64,000 bases of DNA from Negaprion brevirostris (lineage: Eukaryota): contig JARDVH010000084.1 in assembly GCA_030324005.1 (NCBI GenBank), positions 68,165,519-68,229,518 of the forward strand, read 5' to 3'. Positions 12,800 to 25,853 of the stretch are shown piece by piece. Position 1 is the first letter of the stretch. Each line of letters starts with the position of its first letter. Below the pieces are notes generated by a model, which did not search any database, was not told the DNA's origin, and worked only from the letters and a program-made list of their open reading frames with translations. A program made the translations under genes and the position numbers.

Positions 12800-13110
12800 G
12801 ACTGACTTATATAGCTCCGCTCACACCCTTGGGTCCTCCCAAAGCACTTGACAGCCTAGGATGTACTTGTGAGGTGCAGTTGCTGCTATAATTTAGGAAA
12901 TGCAGCAGCCAATTTGCACACAGCAAGTTCCCCCACAAAGAGCAGTGCTGATCGGTTTGCAGTGGAAAAGCAGTACCTGCAGCAGTGCAGCATGAGCTCA
13001 GTGCCGCACTGTCATATCAGCCTAGGTTGTGTGCTCAAGTCTGTGGAGTGAGACTTCAAGCCTTTGCTCTGCAGCCTCAGAGGTAAAAGTGCTGTCTGCT
13101 GAGCCACGAC
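12800..13110 (-). mobile_element. Deu-domain SINE (SacSINE1/AmnSINE-like) remnant
   Basis: CCCAAAGCACTT.ACAGCC...GCAGCCAATTTGCACACAGCAAG..CCCACAAA and CAGTGCAGCA..CTCAGT.C.GCACTG..ATCAGCCTAG..GTGCTCAAGTC..TGGAGTG motifs, recalled from DeuSINE consensus. Confidence 0.7.
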
Positions 13111-13519
13111 TGATGCTAATGGGCAGAAGTGAAGTTTTTATTGGGGTGGGGAGGATCTTCAATGAACTGAACTGGTGCCAGGTGTCAGCAGAACTTGAAA
13201 AGCGATCACTGAATGCAGGCCAGTCCCTCTCTTAGTGCTGGATATCTTTGGCTGCTTGCCATCGGCAAATGTGTTTACTCATCACATCATCGTTTCAACT
13301 TTGAAAAATGATTATAATATTTCTGAGTGAATGGCTGAAGGTTGACTGGTGAGACAGTTACCCATAATGAAAAAAACAGTGTGCAGCATTATATATCTCA
13401 GCACATTGGGGCCAAGTCACTGAAAGGACCACATTCCAGCAAATCCATCATCAATCATGAAATCTACTTTTTCATATTCCAACTTATTAAAATCATACTG
13501 GTCTTAAAAGCCAACGCAC

Positions 13520-13760
13520 TCAGTGTCGGCTGTGACTCACTGGACAGCTTTATCAGCCATTTCAGAAGGCTGTGATTCAAACCCTAGTCCAAGGCTCTGT
13601 CATGACAGTTAGGCCCTTGTTGCAATGCAGCACAGAGAGAGTGATGCACTGTCAAAGGCACCGCTGTTCTGGTGTTAACATGGCACGTGGAGGCTTGATT
13701 TGATGTGATAAAGCTGTTCAAAATTTAGGGAATTCTCTTGGGCCTTCAACTAGCTGGGAA
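13520..13760 (+). mobile_element. Deu-domain SINE remnant (5' part)
   Basis: GGCTGTGACTCA..CAGAAGG.TGTGATTCAAA.CC..TCCA and GCAGCAC.GAG.GAGTG.TGCACTGTC; opposite orientation to 12800-13110. Confidence 0.55.
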
Positions 13761-16014
13761 CATTAGATGGGACATCAGGAATAAAATGGCTCCTTGCACA
13801 ATAAACAGCCCTGAGGGACACTCTTGAGAATGATATAAAACTCTTTCTTTCATTGGGGTTTTATTTACTATGCTTCCTTTCTCGCTTCTCTTTTTATAGC
13901 ATTGAGAGAAATGGTACCATAAAGTTATTTCAATCAAATCATATTACATTAGGAGACAAAGTGGCTTTGTGTTAGAATAATGAAATGGCAAGCATGGCAA
14001 TATTATCCTCTTTAAAAATATCAGTTTCCCCCCAGGGGNNNNNNNNNNNNNNNNNNNNNNNNNNNNNNNNNNNNNNNNNNNNNNNNNNNNNNNNNNNNNN
14101 NNNNNNNNNNNNNNNNNNNNNNNNNNNNNNNNNNNNNNAATATCAGTTTCCCCCCAGGGGTATATTAAATCTGATTCATTGCTATAAATCAGGATGCTTT
14201 TTAAAGTGTTCTTGTTATTTCAAGCGATAGACAATTACAAATCAAAACAGAAAAATTAGCAAAGACAATTAAAGGTTAACAATCAAGGAGTATCTAAATG
14301 TTCCGAGAAGAAATAAATTAGACACAGATTTTCACATGGGTATTTCAGGGGCGTATTAACACACATTAACAGTTAACACACGTGTCATAGCTGTGCTTAT
14401 CTGTACAGTGGTGTAACATACTTCAAAAGCTGCGTAAATCCAGATATCCTGTGTAATCTAAGAGGCTGCACCAGAATTGTGCACACTGGGATCCTCTGTC
14501 AATCATCATAGAGAAATGTCCTGTGTTGAGTTTCTCCTTTTGCATGTTGATTGCAGGGCACCCACACCCCAATAGGTGCAGCGTAGGTTGCCCAACTGCT
14601 TCATACCATTGGCATATCCAATCACTATTGTTGAAAACAGAGGGGGACAACAAGTACCAGTCCCACATTTTCCTCCAGCTCACAAAGACTGCAGGAGCGC
14701 ACTCTGGGAGAGTTGTGCATAAAGGATGTTGTTTAAAAATGTGAAGGGTGCGATTGACTTTGNNNNNNNNNNTCACAAACCATAATACTAATCTGCACAT
14801 CTCTGTCAGCTCCCCCCACCACCATTCCCCAATCCACAACTCCACCCTAATTCCCCCAAGTGAGCCTACATGGACATTTTGATGCTCTTGTAGATCTCTT
14901 CTCAGTGAGTAAATGGCTATGAAACCCGAGGGTGTTTCTTGCCAGAGTGTGGGGAAGCAAACAGCCCTGACTTTCTTCCTTGGTTTATACAGCAGAAGAA
15001 AAGTTAGCTTTCCTTTAAAATAATATTTCTCTTGTGGGGCTCAGTTGAGAAGAAGCTAGCATCCCCCACCTCCCTCCCTTGCTCCCCGATCAACTTACAA
15101 AAATAACAAGGACACCAAGTTTTTGGCCTCCTCTGTGTCAAAATACTGTTTGTTGAAAGTTTAAAATCACCAAGATGTCAGATGTTAATATGGGGACATG
15201 GAATACTTTCCAATCCTTGCACCTACAGTTAGCAATCTCAGGTCAGGAATTAGATACAGGATTAACCTCCCACTAGACAATGATCAAACATTCCAGTGTC
15301 ATGTCATATCCAGAGTAATTCTTTTCTGAGTCTCAAACAATTGCTTCATTTCTAACCTCAGAACAGTATCATTGGCCATATGACATTTATCCTTTGAGCA
15401 TTCACCATCATTCTGATTATTCTGGGTGAGGCTACAAATAGGCACCAGTCTCTGTCNNNNNNNNNNNNNNNNNNNNNNNNNNNNNNNNNNNNNNNNNNNN
15501 NNNNNNNNNNNNNNNNNNNNNNNNNNNNNNNNNNNNNNNNNNNNNNNNNNNNNNNNNNNNNNNNNNNNNNNNNNNNNNNNNNNNNNNNNNNNNNNNNNNN
15601 NNNNNNNNNNNNNNNNNNNNNNNNNNNNNNNNNNNNNNNNNNNNNNNNNNNNNNNNNNNNNNNNNNNNNNNNNNNNNNNNNNNNNNNNNNNNNNNNNNNN
15701 NNNNNNNNNNNNNNNNNNNNNNNNNNNNNNNNNNNNNNNNNNNNNNNNNNNNNNNNNTGATCCATCCTGAGCCTCCCCAACTGCTCATCGAGCTAACTTC
15801 AAGGGGCTGCAACTAAAATCCATAACTAATTTCAAGAAAACTTTGGGAAACACCAAAGGACATCACTATCCATGGTGTCGAGCCTCACTGACAATTTCCT
15901 AATAAAATGGAGACCCAATTCAAGATTCTGCATTCACGTTATAACTGGTGTGAGTCAAAAGCACCTCACACCAACTTTATACTTCTAGTGAATGGTTTAA
16001 AACATAGTCAGAGT

Positions 16015-16317
16015 TATTTTATTCATTAGTGTCACAAGTAGGCTTACATTAACACTGCAATGAAGTAACTGTGAAAATCCCCTATTCGCCACACTCCAGC
16101 ACCTGTTTGGATACACTGAGGGAGAATTTAGAATGGCCAGTGCACCTAATCAGCAGGTCGTTCGGACTGCGGGGGGGAAACTGGAGCATCTGGAGGAAAC
16201 CCACACAGATATGGGGAGAACGTGAAGACACTGCACAGATAGTGACCTAAGCGGGGAACTGAACCCAGGTTCCTGGCGCGGTGAAGCAGCAGTGTTAACC
16301 ACTGTGCCACCATGCCC
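16015..16317 (-). mobile_element. HE1-like SINE, alternative tail
   Basis: Same structure as 11955-12250. Confidence 0.85.
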
Positions 16318-16424
16318 TCCTCATGGCCACCATGCTACTGTGTTACAGTCTCCCACTGTCTATCCTACTGTGTCACCATCACCTGTTTGTCTACTGCTGT
16401 ATACACTGTGCTGTCATTTTCAAT

Positions 16425-16625
16425 TCAGCTAAGTTGACTGAACACCTGGTTCATGCTGCAGCATGGCGCCAACAGCATGGGTTCAATTTCTGTACTGGCT
16501 CAGGTTATTCATGAAGGCCCGCCTTCTCAACCTTGCTCCTAGTCTGAAGTGTGGTGATCTTTAGGTTAAATTAGCACCAGTCATGCCTATGGTCACCTGT
16601 GACTATGGTGACTTTGCTACTATGC
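16425..16625 (+). mobile_element. tRNA-derived SINE, third family
   Basis: AGCTAAGTTG A-box-like and GGGTTCAATTT B-box-like head, body GCCTTCTCAACCTTG..GGTTAAA..CACCAGTCA. Confidence 0.5.
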
Positions 16626-19434
16626 ACACTCTTCCCAACAAGAATCATTGGATATCAATCACAAGTGGGAATCTTAGCTGAGGTTTAAAAACAGTTCCAT
16701 CCGAACCCAGGGTTGTTGAGGTCAACCATAACAGCCCACCGCCATGCTGCCTGAGACTGGCAGCTCAACACAGACTGTGGACAGGACCTTCTTGGAACGG
16801 GGATAAAGAGAGGTGCTTCCCCATTTACCAGAATACGGCGAAAATAAGTACTTAACACAGTTTTTCCTATCCTTGCTCAGTATTCATTTTCACAAAGGAG
16901 CAACCCTCCTAAACTATCTGCATGACAGAAAAATGACTGACCCAGCAGATAATCTGGCCCGAGGCATCCAAAATGACCCAGCAAAATAGCACAGGCAGGA
17001 ATGTTCAGTAACAGACCCTATCAGTGCAGCGTTCAGCACTTGCTAAAGTCGCAAAATGTTACTAATTTAAGGAAGTTGGCACTGAGTCTCAGGCTGCAAC
17101 TTTCTTCTAACCTGTTGCTGCTGACTTGAAGTTTAGTGATAAATGGAGTGAGCTTGCATGATCTGCTGCTGAGTCCAATAACTACTCAGAGCTCGGCTGA
17201 TAGACAACCTAAGGAAATCAGCCTTTCATAAAGGGGCTGGGTGCTCAGGTTTGTTCATGTATGGTCCTTGAGCCCTTCCACTGACAGAGCCAGTTTGCAT
17301 TCAGCTCCAAAGAATGGCACCACAGTTTCAATTCCCGACACCCCTGCAGAAAGTGAGCACATTGATGCAGACGGAGTGGAGTGTTCAAGAGTTCAAATCT
17401 CAAAGGCTCCTGGCAAAGATCATTGAAGAAAATCTGACAAATGTGGTTCCAGATGAAATTAGGTGTGTTTCTGAAGACAGAAGGGGTTCAGGAATAAGTT
17501 GACATGTTGGGCTGGTGGGTGGAAGAAACCCCAGAAATGGATTGGCTTGTTGGTTCCAATTCCTTTGTTCCCCGTTTACTTTTGCATGATGCTCCTACAA
17601 AGGCATGGATGGGCCAAGTCCATTTTTGCAGGGGGTGTGAGTCTACAGTGAAAAACAGCCCCTGATTCAGCACAAATTGGCAGTCAACTATCGAAAGACT
17701 GCAAGGGTCACTGGTGGGAATGTGATCTTCTGAAGTAGAGTTTAAAGAAACAATAAGATTGAGAATTGCAGATCTCTTATCTTTGCTTGAAATCATGGAT
17801 GCCCTTTGGTTTAATGATTAAATGCACCACCACAACAACACCTGAGCAGTGCTAATGTCGAAAAAATTTTCTCAAAGTATCTCACACGAGTGAATAGCAG
17901 TCAACATTTGATACCAAGCTGCATGGAGAGACGTGGGGATTTGACTGAAAGTTTTGTCAATGGGAGGGTTTCAAGGAGCATTGTAAAGAGAGTGAGGAAG
18001 TGACGTGAAGCAGTTTTGAGAGAGAATTCCAGGGTCTAGGCCACCTTCTCAAGGACAACTAGGGATGGGCAATAAATCCTAGCTTAGTCAGCAAAGGCCA
18101 CATCCAGTAAATACATTTTATAAAGTCAGCTGGAGGTGAGGCTGCAATGGTGGTAGAATGATGAAACATTAAACGGCATTGGGTAATACAAATGAGGAAA
18201 GGTAACAGGCTTGATTATTTGATCTTGCTAATTTGTTTATCTTAGACCTCAGCAATCTGGTTTAGGGAGTGGGAAACTGGCTTCTGCCAGTATCCAATGA
18301 GTACAGCTGGAAAGTAGCCTCTGTGAATATTGGGTGAGAGACTGAATGAGGTGTCCATTCAAGGATGAATAACCTGCAAACTCTCACAATCTGAGCGTAC
18401 ATGAGGAATGGTTGTGGGAACAGGTACCAAAGGGCAGCTAGTAGATGTGGAATAAATGAGCCCACATCAGCAGGAGACATGGGCGGTAGGAAGTGACCAA
18501 GATATCTCCTTGTGTGCTATAAGTTATTCTTTTTTTACACCACACTTTCTAGCTATAAAGATTTCCTCCCATGTGTCTCCGCTGTCTGCCTAAACTGGAT
18601 ATTTAATAGCAAAAGGAAGCAGTCANNNNNNNNNNNNNNNNNNNNNNNNNNNNNNNNNNNNNNNNNNNNNNNNNNNNNNNNNNNNNNNNNNNNNNNNNNN
18701 NNNNNNNNNNNNNNNNNNNNNNNNNNNNNNNNNNNNNNNNNNNNNNNNNNNNNNNNNNNNNNNNNNNNNNNNNNNNNNNNNNNNNNNNNNNNNNNNNNNN
18801 NNNNNNNNNNNNNNNNNNNNNNNNNNNNNNNNNNNNNNNNNNNNNNNNNNNNNNNNNNNNNNNNNNNNNNNNNNNNNNNNNNNNNNNNNNNNNNNNNNNN
18901 NNNNNNNNNNNNNNNNNNNNNNNNNNNNNNNNNNNNNNNNNNNNNNNNNNNNNNNNNNNNNNNNNNNNNNNNNNNNNNNNNNNNNNNNNNNNNNNNNNNN
19001 NNNNNNNNNNNNNNNNNNNNNNNNNNNNNNNNNNNNNNNNNNNNNNNNNNNNNNNNNNNNNNNNNNNNNNNNNNNNNNNNNNNNNNNNNNNNNNNNNNNN
19101 NNNNNNNNNNNNNNNNNNNNNNNNNNNNNNNNNNNNNNNNNNNNNNNNNNNNNNNNNNNNNNNNNNNNNNNNNNNNNNNNNNNNNNNNNNNNNNNNNNNN
19201 NNNNNNNNNNNNNNNNNNNNNNNNNNNNNNNNNNNNNNNNNNNNNNNNNNNTTCACTGTATACATAGGAGCTCATGACATGAAGCACGCATCAGTCATCT
19301 TGAGTAGACGCTCACTTGAGGATTGGGTTTCAGCAGTAACAGTAATTCTCCAGTGGACATTCAACCCCTGTTTTAACCTCTTCCAATTTCTATAAGCCTA
19401 TCATCCTCCTGGCTAGTGCTTAAAATATTTAAAA

Positions 19435-19755
19435 AGTTTAAACGTTTATTTTGTTAGTGTCACAGGTAGTCTTACATTAACAGCGCAATTAAGTTACTGT
19501 GAAAATCCCCTTGTTGCCACACTCCGACACCTGTTCGGGTACACTGAGGGAGAATTTAACAAGGCCAATGTACCTAACCAGCATATCTTTGGACTGTTGG
19601 AGGAACTTGAGCACCCAGAGGAAACCCATGCAGACACAGGAAGAATGTGCTGACTCCACACAGAGTCAACACAGAGTGACCCAAGTTGGGGATTGAACCC
19701 AGGCCCTTGGCGCTGTGAGGCAGCAGTGCTAACCACTGTGCCACTGTGCCGCCCC
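19435..19755 (-). mobile_element. HE1-like SINE, alternative tail
   Basis: Same structure as 11955-12250. Confidence 0.85.
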
Positions 19756-20884
19756 TTTATTGTAGTCAGCCAATTTTCCATAAATCAGTATTTTTTTTTC
19801 CCTCACTGACCCTTCCATTTTATTTAACACTCTCATGAGAGAATTCAAAATCTGATTCAATGTATGGGCTCTTAAAAGCTTTTAGAGATAAAGGAGGAAG
19901 GTGGAGGTGTTTGGAGTTGGGGTTCCAGAGAGAGAACTGAAGCAACTGAGATGCTGCAACTGACTGGTGGTGGGGGTAAGAGGAAGGGAATGCATAGAGT
20001 AAGTCTGAGCAGGAATGCATTTTTGGAGCAGGTGATACTTTAAAGATAGGTCAAAGTCTTGGGGGACTTTGAAAGTGACTATTTAAAATTTAATGGATGG
20101 GAATTACTGATCTCATCCATTTCCAGTCTGCTGCCAGCGAGAATGGAGAATCTGGGGCTCAGCAGAGAATCGCAGCTGTGGGTGAGATCGGAGGTTTTCA
20201 GCAAATATGTTGGGGTAGGTTATCCACAATGGGTATGATGGGTGAATGGGATATTGGGAGCCAAGAGATGAACAAGTCAAAACTATACAGATGGAAGTGG
20301 ATGGGAGGTCAGTCTGGAGAAACTGCATAAGACTTGGCAAAAATGCAGGTAAAAATATTGGTGGTTGGGAGTAGCTTGGGAGAGGGTGTGGGGGATAAGA
20401 GGTAGTGAGGTGGAGGGGGGATTTGGCATGTGAGGTGTGTGGGGATAAGAAGAGAACAGGAAGGAGCAGAACCATTTGGGCAGTCCCACAAAGCTGGGGC
20501 TTTGCAGTTCATGGTTGTAATTATTAAGATAACTGAATGCGAATATATCTTGGATCCAGCAGCTTGATGTATGCTTCATCATGACAAGGTGACTACACTT
20601 GTCAAGTGCTTTTGGGATGTCCTGAGATCATGTGAGGTGTTGTATAAATTTAAGCTCTTGCTTTCCTTCAACTGTGTTGAATGTCATAGAAAGGTTGAGG
20701 AGGATGATGAATGACAATATACTGCATAATTGGCATGGGTGGTCACAAAACCAATGGGATGGCAGTAGCCATAGGCACATTATAAACATGGCACCAATAA
20801 CGACTGCATTTTTAACTACATAGAGACAGACAAACATTGCAGCTGGAAGAGTATTTAGAGAAGCCCTATGGGTGAATGCTAAAC

Positions 20885-21080
20885 ATAAGAACATAAGAAA
20901 TAGGNNNNNNNNNNNNNNNNNNNNNNNNNNNNNNNNNNNNNNNNNNNNNNNNNNNNNNNNNNNNNNNNNNNNNNNNNNNNNNNNNNNNNNNNNNNNNNNN
21001 NNNNAGCCTAGTTTATTCAGCCTCTCGTCATAGTTCAACCCCCTCAACTCCGGTATCAGCCTAGTAAACCTCCTCTGCAC
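20885..21080 (-). mobile_element. CR1 LINE 3' fragment (with gap)
   Basis: QRRFTRLIPELRGLNYDERLNKLG motif and (ACATAAGA)n tail. Confidence 0.85.
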
Positions 21081-21139
21081 TTCCTGCTAGATAATGCTAG
21101 ATAATTCGAGGAGGGGTTGATAATGATAGTTTTCTAAAG

Positions 21140-21570
21140 GAGACACCAGGCCTAAATAAAATGGAACCGTTAACTGGTAGATGCACAATGTGAGGAGAGG
21201 AAAGATAATTGAGTGGTTGGGAGTTAGTTTGTGTTAGTGTGGGGGAAGGGGGGTTGTGCCGCTCAAGTGATCAGGATAGATCAGGACAAAAGAAATCAGC
21301 TTTGAAAGGAGAGGGAGAAATAAGTGAAGCTATAGGGTGACAAGACACCAATCACAGGTTGAGTGAGGGCTGGCTGGGAACTGGTTGACAGCAATGCTGA
21401 GTTAGCAATAGAGGGAGTTGTAGCCGTGACCTCAGTCGAAGACATCCTTGAGTTCCTTGCTGTTGGTTTGGAAGTAAGAATGGAGGAAATGGAGAAAGTG
21501 GATCTCCTTGGAGACAAGGATCTCTGGGTTATTCTTGTCCTCCAGGATAAACGTGGAGTAATAAAGCGAT
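21140..21570 (-). mobile_element. L2-like ORF2 fragment
   Basis: YYSTFILEDKNNPEIL...SKELKDVF resembles the L2 inter-domain region. Confidence 0.45.
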
Positions 21571-22399
21571 GTGACTGAGGTGAGGGAGTTAATTGTGATG
21601 AAGAAAGATCTGTCGATGACTGATGAGTCAGCGGTGGATGGTTCCGTAAAGTTTAATTGTTGATATTTACTGATAGATGATAATGAATATTTTATGTTGC
21701 TTCTTTGCTGCATTAAAAAAATGCTAACGGTAGGACAATTAATCTGTGGAAGCTACACAATTTCTATAAATAAAACAAGACTTTGAGCTTACATTTCATC
21801 TCTTTGACCCTTGCCACACCAGACCACCATTTTGTATCCTGTCCATTTTAACATATTGCCTCATATAATGGGTGCTATACAAATTCAAGTTCTGGTTTGC
21901 ACCCAAATTGTCAGCAAGGTTGAGCAGTTAGTTGATGGGAGCCTTGCATCCTTTCAATGAGTAATGCAGAGAAGTGCATGTTTGTTAATAATTACAGACC
22001 TCAATGTTCAGATAAAGTTGATAAATTGCATAGTTCTGGCCATCACTGTTTGTGATGTCGCCTAATTAATTGCATGATACAATATTGGTTTGTCACACAC
22101 ACAATCATGCCATCTTACATGCAATGTACAGGAAATAGGTGATATTATCCATATAAAATCCAAGCGTACCACAATTCAAACAATGCTGGATTACATCATT
22201 TCACTTAAAATCCTATCTTACTGGCGGCAATACTGCAATTTTAATCTACCACAGATATGGACTTCCACACAGTATCACCACACATCAGGACATTACAGGT
22301 CTGGCTTTATTTGTCGGTGCAGTGCTGTAGTGCATTATTGACCAATAGGCCTCACTATACAATGCAACAATGTTCATTGTATACATGACAATGATGCAG

Positions 22400-22492
22400 A
22401 AGAAGCTCTGATGAAAGATCACATCGATCTGAAATGTTAACTCTCTCCACAGATGCTGCCTGACCTGCTGAATATTTCCGACATTTTCTGTT
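22400..22492 (+). mobile_element. Penelope pLTR end with minimal hammerhead-ribozyme core
   Basis: CTGATGA-A-AGATC-ACATC-GATCT-GAAA-TGTTAACTC..ACAGATGCTGCCTGACCTGCTGAATATTTCC. Confidence 0.7.
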
Positions 22493-23088
22493 ATAATATT
22501 GATGTATTATAAGGACATTGAGCAGTCCATAGCACTCTGACTAATGCACAAAAGGCACATTGAATTCTCCTTGGCACAATGTATTAATAAGATAAAGGAC
22601 TTTCATCGATCTGCTTTGTTTGCCCCACCAGGTGTCATGCATGATCCTTATTTTTGGTATTTGGACTTGTTCACAACTGCTATCATGCTTCTGTTACTTT
22701 CTTGATGGCCTGTGCCTTACTCCTGAGAAGTGCAGATGGTGTTTCTCAATAGGCAACCTTTCGATATCATGATCATTTCCAACCAGCCATTCCTGGTGCT
22801 AACAGACAGTTTAGCTCAAGTCACTGAAAGCTGCGTTTGTGGATTGTTTCGCTCAATTAGCTCCAGTTAGCTTCACCAGAAACCGTATTTACATTACACA
22901 GGAAGAGACCATTCAGCCTAACCACTCCAGGCTGGTGATTGTGCTAACTCAAGTCTCTTCCCATCTTTCCTCACCTACGTATACCAAGNNNNNNNNNNNN
23001 NNNNNNNNNNNNNNNNNNNNNNNNNNNNNNNNNNNNNNNNNNNNNNNNNNNNNNNNNNNNNNNNNNNNNNNNNNNNNNNNNNNNNNNN

Positions 23089-24860
23089 CTCTATCTCATT
23101 CCTGTACTCTGTCTCATCATTGTTTGAGATCTGACCCACTATGGTGGTGTCATCAACAAACTTGAAAATCGAGTTGGGTGGGGAATTTGGCTGCACAGTC
23201 AGAGGTATACAAGAAGTATAGTAGGAAGCCAAGAACACAGCCTTGTGGAGCACCGGTGTTGAGGATTATTGTGGAGGAGGTGTTGTTGCCTATCCTTACC
23301 GATTGTGGTTTGTGGGTTAGGAAGTTCAGGATCCAGTCGCAGAGGGAGGAGCTGAGCCCCAGGCCATGGAGTTTGGAGATGAGTTTCATCAGAATAATGG
23401 TGTTGGAGGCTGAGCTGTAATCTATGAATAGGAGTCTGATATAGGTGTCTTTGTTATCTAAGTGTTGAGTGTAGGGCCAGTGAGATGGTGTCTGCTGTGG
23501 ATCTGTTGCGATGTTAGGTGATATATAGTGGATCCAGGCAATCTGGCATGCTGGAATTGACTTGTGCCATGACTAACTTTTCAAAGCATTTCATAATGAT
23601 GGATATCAGAGCCACAGGATGATGGTCATTAAGGCATTGGCTTTTCTTTGGTATTGAGATGATGGTCATCTTCTTGAAGCTGATAGGAGCCTCAGATTGT
23701 TGTAAAGAGAGGTTGAAGATGTCTGCAAAAACCTCCGCCAGATCTACGCAAGATCTAAGTGCCCGTACGGGTACCCCATCTGGGCTAGTCACTTTGCATG
23801 GGTTGACCTTCGAGACGGCTGCTTTGACATCTGCAATAGTGACCTTGGACACGGGTTCATCCACGGCTTCCAGAGCGGAGGGCATGCTCTCGCTGACCTC
23901 TTTCTTAAAAGGAGCATTGAGCTCATCAGGAAGGGGTGTTTTGGAGTCGGCGATATTATTTGCCTTCATCTTTTAGTCTCTCATATCTTGCAGACCTTGA
24001 CATAGTTGATGGGGGTCCTTGTGGCTAGCTTGGGACTCTAGCTTGGTCCAGTACTATCTTTTGGAATATTTGAAGCATCTCCTTGGATCATATCTGGCTT
24101 TCTTGTATAAGTCAAGGTCATCTGACACCTCAGACCTGGACTCCAGCAAGCTGTGTCTACCTCTATTCATCCATGGTTTCTAGTTGGGAAACATGTGGAT
24201 TTGCTGTTTGGCACACAGTCTTTTACATACTTACTAATGAAGTCAGTTATTGTCGTGGTGTACTCGTTCAGGCTGGCCACAGAGTTTTTAAATACTGATT
24301 AGTCCACTGATTCTTAAGTACTCCCATACTAGACCATCCAATTCCTCAGACTAACGTTGAACAACTTTCTTTGATGGATTCTCCCACTTCAGTTTTTGCT
24401 TGTAAGCCGGGAGCAGGAGTACAGCCTTGTTGTCTGATTTACCAAAGCATGGGTGAGTGATAGAGTGGTAGGCATGTTTGAGACTTGTATAGCAGTGGTC
24501 TAGGATGTTTGGGCCTCTGGTGGAACAGGAGATGTGTTGGTGGTAACTTGGTAGGACGCTCTTGAGCTTGGCCTGGTTGAAGTCCCTGGCTGTGACGAAC
24601 AAGGCCTCGTGATGTTTTACCTCAAGGCTATTTGTAATGGTATACATTGTGTCCAGCATAGTGTTCATGTCCTCGTGGAGTGGGATGTAAACTGCTGTTA
24701 GGATGATAGAGATGAACTCCCGCAGAAAGTAGTAGGGACTGCATTTTTGGTATTCTAGGTCCAGGGGAATAGAAACTCGCCAATGTTGCTACATCCAGGC
24801 ACTACGAGGTGCTGATTGGGAGGTAGGCCTGAGGGCGCTGTGCGGTCCATTCAGTGTCAA
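23089..24860 (-). mobile_element. Rex1/Babar LINE, decayed APE + RT
   Basis: Frameshifted ORFs: DFNQAKLKSVLPSYHQHISCSTRGPNILDHCYT (APE), [64 protein letters not shown] (RT). Confidence 0.9.
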
Positions 24861-25289
24861 CAACAAGCTGTACAAGTACAACTAATTTCATCTTAAAAAA
24901 TGATGATACCCACACGAATAAATGAATGAAATGTGAAATACAAGTAAAATTTAATTTGGATAAACACATGAAATCATATTTACATTGGGTGGAAAGCTTG
25001 AAGACATCAGCCAGCTTTGTGTCTCTGTCTGCTGTATTGTCAGCTGATAGTGAGTTTCATCAATCAAAAGCCACATGGTCACATGTGTCTTACACATACA
25101 TGTCCAGCTCTTCAAATTTTAATCAGAATTGTGCAGGAAATGAGGAAAAAGCAAGAGAGCGGAAGTAATGCATACATCCAGTTCCGCCATTGGGTATGGC
25201 ACTCCCAATTCTCTTCCCACATCTAGTGGTGTACCATGGTAGACGTTCACCAGTTTCCATAGCTAATAATTCCCAGAAGAGGTTGCTAG

Positions 25290-25535
25290 ATTGACATATC
25301 ACCGTGGACATATAATATGGGGGCACCACTCAGCATCAAGCATGGCTGACCAGGAGTCTCTCCTGCTCTTGCCACCAGCCATTGTTATACTTAGAAGGAT
25401 TTGCAGGTTGATGCACTCAACCCGTTTGGCAGTGTTATGAACCCCCCTTTCTTGGCTGTCAAGTCCTGGGGTGGGACTTGAACCCAAGCTTCTGGTTCAG
25501 AGGCAGGGATGCTACCCTTTGCGGCATAAGACCTC
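25290..25535 (-). mobile_element. tRNA-derived SINE, fourth family
   Basis: Reverse of GGTAGCATCCCTGCCTCTGAACCAGAAGCTTGGGTTCAAGTCCCACCCCAGGACTTGA; plus-strand relative at ~36815-37070. Confidence 0.6.
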
Positions 25536-25606
25536 TATTGGGGAATGCCAAGATGTCACAGTTTCTCACCTCTATGGGTGACCACGCTCAACACTGCATA
25601 AACAGA

Positions 25607-25853
25607 TATAATTTTGAAAATGGAGGTTTAAAGATTCGATCGGGCCATTGAGGTTGGCCTATTGGAATATGAACTCCCTGATTTAGGAGTCAATTGATGG
25701 GCCAATCAGGGGGTCCTTTCCTCCTATTTAACTAGGACTGTCAGTTCCTCTGGCACTCCCAAAGATAGACTGCTGACTGATAGCCATCTGTGTACTGCTG
25801 TTAGAATTGTAAATAAAGGGATTTTGGTGAAGGGACTCTGAAGACTTATTACA
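25607..25853 (+). mobile_element. Solo-LTR-like element
   Basis: CCAATC, TATTTAA, AATAAA (25812-25817) and a terminal ...TTACA; homologous to 6258-6486. Confidence 0.55.

Noticed and set aside
14017-14160. Direct repeat AATATCAGTTTCCCCCAGGGG on both sides of a 100-N gap
   Set aside because: Most likely an unmerged contig overlap (assembly artefact).
17100-17800. Coding-looking unique sequence (possible retrocopy)
   Set aside because: Stops in the frames I translated and no protein family I can recognise; BLASTx would be needed.
15358-19287. Long ORFs made mostly of X (also 32621-33204 and 56402-56931)
   Set aside because: Artefacts of N gaps.
21595-21673. GTGATGA...CTGA...CTGA, resembling a C/D snoRNA or hammerhead
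   Set aside because: Antisense to the host gene, no convincing terminal stem, no recognisable guide, and no GAAA for a hammerhead.
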